64,000 nucleotides of DNA from positions 59,503 to 123,502 of IMG/VR virus record IMGVR_UViG_3300021091_000020, one strand, 5' to 3'. Shown in pieces: positions 31,601 through 37,423 of this stretch. Each line of letters opens with the position of its first letter. Positions within the stretch are counted from its first letter, which is position 1. The translations under genes were made by a program, and so were the position numbers. The notes below the pieces were generated by a model, which did no database searches, had not been told where the DNA came from, and saw only the letters and a program-made list of their open reading frames with translations. The DNA is from a virus.

Positions 31601-31617
31601 AAATCTAACAAAGACAT
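22678..31617 (-). CDS. Giant (2979 aa) repeat protein with C-terminal tail-tube-initiator/baseplate-like domain
   Basis: Lies between tape measure and LysM genes; C-terminal FRAIFDSITD...W...YMGRGDPLYTYDGYERDVSFNF resembles tube-initiator domains. Confidence 0.65.
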   Translation of the reverse strand: MSLLDLKSDLSKYRAETSIEEKEGPQTSVAKSSKGFATNQPITDRLLTSIPEIKKPKQTPIDERLKKSKLDDIVRKDFDDMMLNSVSGLSPKNIDVDTYSLGRSTIENVTSKFGEIKQEEIVNNLNSSNTLIIKTERGTNNNQSGINPEIFKQTVDRIQQTPNILTDNNEETNNIIIPEIKIDGKPLTINREKQSVVINKNLFSPINNVVNPNIALNTVFKPSNKENTTPNIIKDTIKEGLVTDPKTKVFRIQSGTNHFTDESELNPKGKTIEFVSNSMLESRRPIQEPDLLRYSRETIQDKDNSIYNVDDVIKTNPSGRNENPTKSLYSFNNPTGVNNFDDRFFRGFSINQKSTDLVNKFSSIFGWPGIKKTAPSVDFIIDEHAKGFKTFAQPRETLYNTDTSDYSFVTVRNVNFFDVTNQHTNAGFTLFASALTSNYIDNISRFTWKGKKPLAPNVNYFDFNKEKSNAGFHTFAQIYDTKYINQSSIYDWDGKRTKSPEVNFFDINSTYTKKGFHKLADIYDSKYVRGASIFDWDGKRKNAPAVNYFDVDLKNATTGFHVFAQKYDSKFVKDSSEFDWDGIGVNAPAINYFDINGRFTSTGFHTFAQIYDTKYIPERSRFDWNGERRKAPAVNYFDLSKDFTTTGFHTFARKYDSKYIPERSFFDWDGTRDKAPAVNYFDLYAENTTTGFHTFAQLYDTKFIEETSRFDWDGNRIDAPTVNYFDVAGTNRTTSEFPSGFVPKTTAGFHKFAQIYDTKYVRGSSIYDWDGDKQVAPAVNYFDVAGTSRTATEQNSLLAQFNVPRSFIANTIGGFHTFPQKYDTKYITESSEYNWDGSRDKAPVVNYFDIAQTNRTTSEFTNGFISFTTAGFHKFAQLYDTKYIRNSSRYDWDGKPDRKNFTNPIPVDYFDNPNANARRFGTQFIINTPNDYRDGIMTVGIKDKFIAKTFGGFHIFAQLYDSKYIPESSRFDWDGTKYKAPAVDYFDTAKTNRTTSELNSILINPNIPRQFYATTTAGFHIFAQKYDTKYIKYASLYDWDGVPDKTNFRNPIPVDYFDTLESNRTTSEANSLLAAFNRPKDFIAKTTAGFHIFAQKYDTKYIKDSSLYDWDGRADRTNFTNPIGVDFFDAFRSINRYRARFNVGDNNFLDNPGTTQNYEAYNLRSPIGGFSFLKTIGTKDAYIKKTLSGFDIFAEHYISKYIPGASRFDWDGTRDKAPAVDYFDSARGRDAFIRFNLGGGDYLRGIQVMASKYPAFTTVGGVQRRFDFKIEGVTYAGFHTFAQKYDTQYIMNTDQYGWVGNVDRLTFKNPLPVNFFDNPSMRMVEGLGSSSDNIDGNSKPGTTNATPVVINGQLNNNSSQINPGSILHQLGMVGNKDPYIHKTTAGFHILAKIYDSKYVPDSSIFDYDGTKLNAPAVNYFDKNNLFTRSGFHTFALGLDSKYIEDSSYFDWNGIRTNAPAVTFFPQIEPKTDHARKIVLFSIQNSPNVQIGRAGVNPPELFRKEGLDPGFRTFFINKTQTAYSPYLSELSVLATADPYTDFFPAPNGFSYPTDFDKSGRDPGRLGNASGLVQGIRGFVPFLGTLNRPTFDQNEQNLQTTRFLLRLMNRLGVGNQYYDSTLGSKYSFTDAKQKYTRFFSFFSNTTKSIRPGNTYPFKQSDGFLPFMTLFYGTKYPIIMPTIENYSEILRANNVNSDQRFVREALVSQVVYSVAHGHKQGTLSTLDNGSEQEFLNTYLPDSLGKRPWSSKMGNLLFATMANQYPQYTSDKTNRFYGYRRPTTYFTDLQGDNANSQKFIGGPYEQQLKNGWWAQPIDNDEAALKNITNDGSGGRYENITNQIGFSVQDDSSANLVRRYGFLGRWAIKSGALEKEYNKFDLRKDSYNPDLIWDQPYYTSNIGANWGWGVLSCGRNSPSTLLDRSLADLQRIGKWMTSGKGLLWIVKQFGLQFMNPYMDSWNEPFDVFQTRSSTDSGPNRQTYTLGNSVLPGFGDGSSNPDQVRSTDPNIFMPSPTMLYNPFSTIISAVGKGIGLHWQRHWGSTGFGFNGVMQQPPNYRELLFTTQYSVAAGQGDPVSTTDANNNLAYRPTLGNITGNPNQRQNVPQDLNRGYEAQTTYRNKTGFIDQNIAGINYLKRSFHRRLNGDWMIPAEENPNWNAVRADHDLDMDSSISGRQSAGNQLSQGTAEALDYFEEPTRRNAITRQRRYNRLIGLMKELLPQSFAPILLRAPNVETQGFDNSMEYDVAGGGFDFSDISTQYSGPAQSANTTATYTNPGNPVTVPQSVDPISELRVKSSNSLKSTHRQRLTDGEIIRISSTFGGASSFLGIGGTVISKSRHKLIGTYSTHGPELTQDGILEGKQRETFFAIDFYSTYKDRLLKVQNALRSTSTVPQNELGGDLYAITTGLATKNKDRLNGIFDVHGIYEPNDPQHPFRGENVTIQPITTRKINAMDTFNFPYESSQNRLRNTTVQEITSGRGSANTTMDTINANINNIAIDNVKHFKTSPWYSKNRFGSTSPASSRPPIPATRINPGVNYFNPSWTPNRSEKWNDFRWDIDDFDATNVGAASPRNTTVWPTVMAFKFSTHPAVVDYDQNNLETKFGLGKHGDPGSDRGNPRVTNIIYEKVQTAIMGPLFTPALVAGATGRGVAFRTFPVPIVKAAAAGAPPYQFRGDRINIIDYKRANVALNHELVYEKGAFDNINNPGKDDLIEFYFSSIVLDGHNYCPAEVIVFRAIFDSITDNHKPSWSAVKYMGRGDPLYTYDGYERDVSFNFTVHIGSRDEAKASWRKLNYLAGWTAPEYTSAGFIRAPLCRLNIGNLFRKMPGYISNLSYTFDNANGTWETAHLEGDRYNVATDASIVAESAPGALQLPKTIQVSVGFVPIGVYRPERYGVFYPLYDDRMGGGSIETGLIPDASMGTPRVNWFNPFDNIAMPGPAANPTATATSTTIAGGDQDAIEYMAVAPGEEGAIPAAALTATGAP
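27050..30560 (-). repeat. Tandem coding repeat, basic unit 44 aa (132 nt), about 17-19 copies
   Basis: Consensus S-x-(F/Y)-DWDG-x4-APAVNYFD-[variable]-T-x-GFHxFAQxYD(T/S)KY; boundaries approximate. Confidence 0.9.
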
Positions 31618-31664
31618 TAGTTTTCCTATTATTTCATATAAATATGATATAGTTGAAAATGTTA

Positions 31665-34600
31665 TTACATAGAACGACCATATGTATTATCTGTACCAAT
31701 TTGATATGTTTTCTTAAAATCACCCTTTCCATTTATTTCCTCTACCGTTTTGTCACCAATCTGAATTATAGTTGGTGTACTTGCCATTGAAGATATAATT
31801 GATATAAGTTGATCCATTTTTTGTTCCAACCCACCACCGCCACCAGCAGTTGCACCACCTGCACCGGGTGCACCGGCTGCTCCACCTGCACCAGCTGTTC
31901 CAACTGCTTCGGTTGTTTGTCCAACTGTTGATATTCCACCGGCTTTTGCAGGAGAGGCGGAAGCGCCACCCTTTTCTTCCCCACCGCCACCAAACAAAGA
32001 ACCTATACTACTTACAATCGAACCTATTTTACTTCCACCACTGGCTTTATCAACAGCAGACATTACTTCTTCTAATTTATCAAAGTTTACATTTTGGAGT
32101 GTGTTTGAAAGCATTGTCATGGCAGCAGAAAGTTCTACAATTGCCTTAGCTATACCAGATAATTTTTCTGGCTGAATGTCTTTCATTATAGTTTGTAATT
32201 GACTTAATGGACTTTCACCACCTAATAGTCCACCGATTGCATTTCCTATACCGTCTGCAATAGCACCTGCACCGGAACCACCACCAAAACCAGCGAGAGC
32301 GAGACCTAAAGCAGTTATACCACCGGCAATTTTTAATAAGTTATCCCCATCAAGTGTTGTTAGTCCCATCAACTTATCAATAACTTGTGATATACCACCT
32401 GCAACTGCTTCTATTATTTTAACAATTGCATCACCAATTGTTGTTATTATAGAGTTTATACCTTCAAATGCAACTTGCATTAAAGGAACAACCTCTTTCA
32501 TTGCCTTCCCTAATACCCACATAGCACCTGCAAAGACTATCAATGCCAATCCTAAAACAGCCAATACACCCGCACCAACTAAAAATACAGGAGCAAATGA
32601 ACCCAATAAAGCAGCAACACCAACTAATGCTAAAAGTGCAACACCGGCTTTTGCCATATCTTCCCACGATATTGACATAAATAATTGTAATGCCGCACCG
32701 ATTACATAAAGAGCGGCACCAAGAATTAACATAGCAGCTGCACCTTTTATCATATCTTCTTTTACTTTACCTATCAGGTAAGCAACACCAGCCAAACCTA
32801 ATAATGCAACACCGGCTTTTGCCATGGCAGCCCAATCTACTTTCATAAATTCTTGAACAGCTTTAGCAGTTACCCAAAGAGCTGCAGCGACTACCAACAA
32901 TGCAGCTGCACCCATTAACATTTTTTTAGCATCCATTTTATTAAATGCCTCTACCAATGAGTCTAAAAATCCACCACCACCTTTAGCAGCTTTTCCACCT
33001 GGCATTTTTGGTGTCTTTGGTGCCTTACCTTTTTTGCCACCAAGTCCTAATAGTTTTTTACCCATGTCACCTGCTGCATCTTTTATTTTATCTTCTATTT
33101 TTTCTTTAACTATATTTCCAAAGTCTGATGCCTTTTCCTTTAGCATATCAAGACCTTTACCGATAGCAGCTTTACCAGCAAATAATCCGCCAAGCAAGGT
33201 AACTGATTTTAATATACCACCGAAACCGGCTTCACTTGATTCTGCAGCTTTACCGGCTTCCGTTATACCACCGGTTATATTTTGTGTTTTATCCTCTACA
33301 CCACCAAAAAAACCTAAAACTGATGATACAGGTCCTATTAATGTTGATAATGCACCAAAAAGAGTTTTAACGATTGGAATAATACCCTTTATTACACCAG
33401 AAACAGATTCAACTATATTATCAAAATCGCCACCTGCATCAGCGGCATCCAACATACCGTGTACCATTTCGAGTATTGGTGTTAATAATTTTGATAGTTT
33501 CTCTTGTAGTTTTTGAACAATATTTGCCATTTTTTCTTTAATAGCAGCAGATTCTTTTTCTTTTGCCATTTTTTCTATTTCGGCCTTTAATGCACCGTCT
33601 GCCGTTTCACCTGCAATTTTTTTCAGTTCTTCAGCGTTTTTGGCTTGTAATTCATCCATTCTTTGTTGAGACACACCCAATTTTTGTAGTTTATCTGCAT
33701 TTGTAAGCATAGTAGTCATTTCTTCAACAGACATACCCATAGCATCTGCCATTGCCTTTTGTTGAATACGATTCATCTTTGTGAAATCTTCAAGACCACC
33801 TGCTTGTTTTAACAATTCATCTTGTAATCCAGCAATATCACCATTCAATGCAAGTTCACGTGCTTTGTCCAATTGAAGATTTTTACCAGTCAATACACGG
33901 GCTTCCATTTCTTTTTCAAGTGATTGTTCAATATCGAGCATACCATCACCAATATCTTGAACTTTTTTCAAATCGTGACCAAGTAATTTTGCCTTTTGAG
34001 CAGCAGCTGCAAGTGCAGACGGTATACCTTTGAATGCAACTGCAACTTCTTTTGGAACACTAGCAAGTGCTTTCATGGCCTGTTTGCTTGTCATCAATCC
34101 ACCACCCATTTTAGCAGCAGTTCCTGCAAGTTCACCCATACTTTTACCAGTTATAGATGAAAGACTGTGCATAGATTCTACTTCTTCTTTGGACATTTGG
34201 AATTTTTCTGTAAGTAATGTTGCATCTTTTACAAGTTGTTTTGCTGCAGGATTTCCACTGGCAAGTTGAGCACCAATATCTAATCCACCCATCATATCGG
34301 AAACCATACCAATATTTTTAACAACTTCTTTTGAATTTACTCCAACAACTTTCATTTCACCGGCTATATCTACTGATGTATCTCGTAAGGCCGCTGCTTC
34401 TTTTCTGGTGTACCCAAAATCTTTACCTATATCAGCTACTTCTTCATCCACTGCACTAAATGCACCTATTAAGAAATTAACTGCACCGGTTAATAATCCT
34501 ATACCCAACCCAGCCATCAATTTTGGTGCCATTGAAATCATACTACCCAATGCGGAACCTGCATCCTTAAATGCCTCGGCAGGACTATTTTTACCTTTTA

Positions 34601-35570
34601 TAGCACCTAATGCTGAAGTAAATGCGGTAGACATTTTTTTGTTTACATTATTTGCCGCTTTATCTATACCCAACGCATTTGTTATAGCATCTCCACCTGG
34701 AAGTTTTTTTACCCATCCCCCCATTGTATCACCAACTTTACTACTTGCCGTATTCAAAGTTGCCATACTATCATTTTGTTCTTTTATCTTTGCATTAGCA
34801 ACATCAAGTTGAGTAACTTTATCTAACATTATAGCAAGTGAATCAAGTTGTAATTTTTTTCCTTCACTTGTTAGGTTATTGTTTCCATGTTCTATCTCAT
34901 ACATTCTTACAAGAATTGCCTCTCTTGTTTTATCTGTATCAACAATAGTTGCCTTACCTTTTAATGCATCAGCCGATGATTTTAGCATTGCAGTTTCGAG
35001 TCTTTCTACATCTGAAGCAATATCTACTGTTTCTGCAAGTTCATCTTTAAAGTCTGCACCATATGTTGAAAGATCACGAGTACCAATTCCACCTCGTTCA
35101 AGAGTTTTAACCATTTTCTCTGCAACATTTACAGTCAAACCTATGTTTTCGGCATTTTTTCTTGCTTCTTCCGGAAGTGTTGATAATATGGCTTGTGTTT
35201 TGAAAGATGTTTTACCAAAATCATCCATAATAGTTTGACCGGTAGACAATTTTTGGAGGTAATCATCTGCTAAATTTACTTGTCCCTCTAATCCCTTTGT
35301 AGCATAATCTTGTGCTTTTTTTGCAGATTCAGTTCTTTTTTCAGTATCTTTGTCTATCTTTTCAATTTTTTTGCGTATTTCTTCTTCTTTCTCTACGCTA
35401 TCAAGGCGCAAAGTTTCCAGTTTTATTATTTTTTCTAGATTAGCAACAGACTTTTGTTCTGTTGATTCAATCTTATTTTTTAAATCAAGAATAGCCGCTT
35501 CAATTTTTTTTCGTTCTTCGGATATGACGCGTATCTGTTCTTCTAATTTTTTTTCATTTTCCGATGCCAT
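31665..35570 (-). CDS. Tail tape measure protein
   Basis: 1301 aa, Ala/Gly-rich helical, hydrophobic repeats (WxxMAKAGVALL); follows tube and chaperone genes. Confidence 0.88.
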   Translation of the reverse strand: MASENEKKLEEQIRVISEERKKIEAAILDLKNKIESTEQKSVANLEKIIKLETLRLDSVEKEEEIRKKIEKIDKDTEKRTESAKKAQDYATKGLEGQVNLADDYLQKLSTGQTIMDDFGKTSFKTQAILSTLPEEARKNAENIGLTVNVAEKMVKTLERGGIGTRDLSTYGADFKDELAETVDIASDVERLETAMLKSSADALKGKATIVDTDKTREAILVRMYEIEHGNNNLTSEGKKLQLDSLAIMLDKVTQLDVANAKIKEQNDSMATLNTASSKVGDTMGGWVKKLPGGDAITNALGIDKAANNVNKKMSTAFTSALGAIKGKNSPAEAFKDAGSALGSMISMAPKLMAGLGIGLLTGAVNFLIGAFSAVDEEVADIGKDFGYTRKEAAALRDTSVDIAGEMKVVGVNSKEVVKNIGMVSDMMGGLDIGAQLASGNPAAKQLVKDATLLTEKFQMSKEEVESMHSLSSITGKSMGELAGTAAKMGGGLMTSKQAMKALASVPKEVAVAFKGIPSALAAAAQKAKLLGHDLKKVQDIGDGMLDIEQSLEKEMEARVLTGKNLQLDKARELALNGDIAGLQDELLKQAGGLEDFTKMNRIQQKAMADAMGMSVEEMTTMLTNADKLQKLGVSQQRMDELQAKNAEELKKIAGETADGALKAEIEKMAKEKESAAIKEKMANIVQKLQEKLSKLLTPILEMVHGMLDAADAGGDFDNIVESVSGVIKGIIPIVKTLFGALSTLIGPVSSVLGFFGGVEDKTQNITGGITEAGKAAESSEAGFGGILKSVTLLGGLFAGKAAIGKGLDMLKEKASDFGNIVKEKIEDKIKDAAGDMGKKLLGLGGKKGKAPKTPKMPGGKAAKGGGGFLDSLVEAFNKMDAKKMLMGAAALLVVAAALWVTAKAVQEFMKVDWAAMAKAGVALLGLAGVAYLIGKVKEDMIKGAAAMLILGAALYVIGAALQLFMSISWEDMAKAGVALLALVGVAALLGSFAPVFLVGAGVLAVLGLALIVFAGAMWVLGKAMKEVVPLMQVAFEGINSIITTIGDAIVKIIEAVAGGISQVIDKLMGLTTLDGDNLLKIAGGITALGLALAGFGGGSGAGAIADGIGNAIGGLLGGESPLSQLQTIMKDIQPEKLSGIAKAIVELSAAMTMLSNTLQNVNFDKLEEVMSAVDKASGGSKIGSIVSSIGSLFGGGGEEKGGASASPAKAGGISTVGQTTEAVGTAGAGGAAGAPGAGGATAGGGGGLEQKMDQLISIISSMASTPTIIQIGDKTVEEINGKGDFKKTYQIGTDNTYGRSM

Positions 35571-35597
35571 GACCTTCCGGATAAATTAAAAACAAAA

Positions 35598-35626
35598 TGG
35601 TCTACATACTATAAATATGTAGACCA
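35598..35626 (-). terminator. Hairpin/terminator with the conserved motif in its loop
   Basis: TGGTCTACATA-TTTATAG-TATGTAGACCA followed by TTTTGTTTT. Confidence 0.7.
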
Positions 35627-35631
35627 CAAAT

Positions 35632-35871
35632 TTATCTTCTTGCCGGCGGTTTACTAAATTTTGGAACTTTTGATTGAGACTTTGAAATTTCTGCTTGTTC
35701 CGCTTTATTTTTTTCATCAACCGCTTTTTGAATTTGTTTAAGATAATATCTTCTTAAATGTATTGGTAAATCGTAAACTTCACCCCAAGTAAAACCACCT
35801 TTACCATAATAACAAACAGAAAATATTTCTTCATGTAAACCTATTTTATACTCAGGTGTTAGGCCAAAAAA
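35632..35871 (-). CDS. Tail assembly chaperone C-terminal extension (gpT/gp51-like), probably reached by frameshift
   Basis: No good start codon of its own; overlaps the chaperone 3' end at a T7 run; FTWGEVYDLPIHLRRYY resembles T-type chaperone extensions. Confidence 0.7.
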   Translation of the reverse strand, partial: FFGLTPEYKIGLHEEIFSVCYYGKGGFTWGEVYDLPIHLRRYYLKQIQKAVDEKNKAEQAEISKSQSKVPKFSKPPARR

Positions 35872-36718
35872 ATGACACCTCAAGCGGTATATCCATCTCC
35901 TTTACCTCACCTGTTATGTCAGAGACAAATGTGAAAGTCATATCTAAATCTGGTGAAAACTCTTTAATAAATTGTCTCAATGCTCGTGAATCAGATGCAA
36001 ATAATTCGTTATCAACAAAATTATCAACGGTTGCTCTTCCACGTTCTCCATCAACTGCAACTATAACATATTTGAGTCTTGTTGTTAGTTCCTTATCAAT
36101 TCCAGTTTTAACAAGAGCTTTATTCATTGTTTTCAATTCATTCTTGATTTGTTTTTCAATATCATGTGTTAAAAGTCTGAATGTAACAGTTCTATTTGAA
36201 ATTGGAAGTGTGTAATCAAATTCGGTTGCTCTGCTCTCAAATGGCGAATAATCGACCTCCTTGTGCTCAATTTGAGTTAAATCTATTGTTAGTTTTTGTT
36301 TGTTGCCGGGTGAGAATGGATCATCAATTTCTACCGTATACTCTTTACCATAACCCAAAACTCTGGCTGCAACCATAATTGCATTTTTATCACCTACATA
36401 TAAGTCACCGTAATTTATTGGAGTAACAATCAAAGACTCAAATAATTTATCTAAAACTACGCCTTGTTTTATTAAATTCTGCGAAGTTAAAATATCTTCT
36501 TCCCTTGCCGTCATATATTTCATTTCAATAAAACCATCTGCAAGTGGATGTCCTTCTGAATAAACCAATCCTTTTGATGGCAATGGCACGATTTCTGTTG
36601 GAAAGTTTGATTTTTTAATATTAGTCTGTTTGTGTTCGGCTACTAATCGTGCCTTTAAATCTGCATCAGACGTACCGTTATCGATCGGTACATCATAACC
36701 TGTTGGAATTTTTGTCAT
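35852..36718 (-). CDS. Tail/baseplate assembly chaperone (T4 gp26-like)
   Basis: LPSKG, MTAREEDIL, ends FFWP; between tube and tape measure. Confidence 0.8.
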   Translation of the reverse strand: MTKIPTGYDVPIDNGTSDADLKARLVAEHKQTNIKKSNFPTEIVPLPSKGLVYSEGHPLADGFIEMKYMTAREEDILTSQNLIKQGVVLDKLFESLIVTPINYGDLYVGDKNAIMVAARVLGYGKEYTVEIDDPFSPGNKQKLTIDLTQIEHKEVDYSPFESRATEFDYTLPISNRTVTFRLLTHDIEKQIKNELKTMNKALVKTGIDKELTTRLKYVIVAVDGERGRATVDNFVDNELFASDSRALRQFIKEFSPDLDMTFTFVSDITGEVKEMDIPLEVSFFWPNT

Positions 36719-36771
36719 AACTAATCCTATAACATTGTTTGTAATAAAACTTTTTAATTTACTAATATAAA

Positions 36772-36804
36772 TATGGGTATACCGAAAAAATCAGTATACC
36801 CGTA
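36772..36804 (-). terminator. Hairpin after tail tube gene, overlapping the conserved motif
   Basis: TACGGGTATACTGA-loop-TCGGTATACCCATA followed by TTTAT. Confidence 0.7.
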
Positions 36805-36842
36805 TTTTTAATTTCATCCTTAATATAACAATACAAAATGTA

Positions 36843-37331
36843 TTAGTATTGTAGTATAGCATAATCGTAGGCGAGTGTGAGAGAAATCTCAACAAACGCA
36901 TCGTTTGCCCAATCCATTTCACCGAATGTAGTTGCAGTAATGAAAGCACCTTTGAGTGTCCATTCTTCAACCTTATCACCAACAGGACCGAGAATATGAA
37001 GGGTAATATCTTTCTTGTAGAAGTCAGAATAACCATCACGACCTGTTACAGATTCGTGTGATAGACGTACCCATTCCATTGTTGCCTGTGCAGCGGATGG
37101 CACAATCGGATCATACAATTTGATTGTAATATCTTGCCACTCACCTTTACCTTTTACTTTACGTTTGATGTTAATGTGATCCAAAGTAATCGGATTAAAA
37201 GTTATATTTGGGCGGCCTGAACCTTTTACCAGGTAAGCGGGCACACCTTCAATGTACATAATAAAACGATTTTGTAACTTTGGCTCAAACGGGGTAAAAA
37301 ACACTTCCGTGGGATCAAGTAATTCAGCCAT
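36843..37331 (-). CDS. Tail tube protein (gp19-like)
   Basis: 162 aa after sheath; EPKLQNRF, WQDITIKLYDP, YKKD, EEWTLKGAF, LTLAYD. Confidence 0.9.
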   Translation of the reverse strand: MAELLDPTEVFFTPFEPKLQNRFIMYIEGVPAYLVKGSGRPNITFNPITLDHINIKRKVKGKGEWQDITIKLYDPIVPSAAQATMEWVRLSHESVTGRDGYSDFYKKDITLHILGPVGDKVEEWTLKGAFITATTFGEMDWANDAFVEISLTLAYDYAILQY

Positions 37332-37380
37332 TTATTTCTCCAAATTTAAAATACCTTTAACTATAAATATACGAATTTCA

Positions 37381-37411
37381 AAAAAATATGGGGAGAGTAT
37401 TTCATCTCCCC
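37381..37411 (-). terminator. Terminator-like hairpin after sheath gene
   Basis: GGGGAGA...TCTCCCC followed by ATATTTTTT. Confidence 0.65.
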
Positions 37412-37423
37412 TTTTTATATCAA

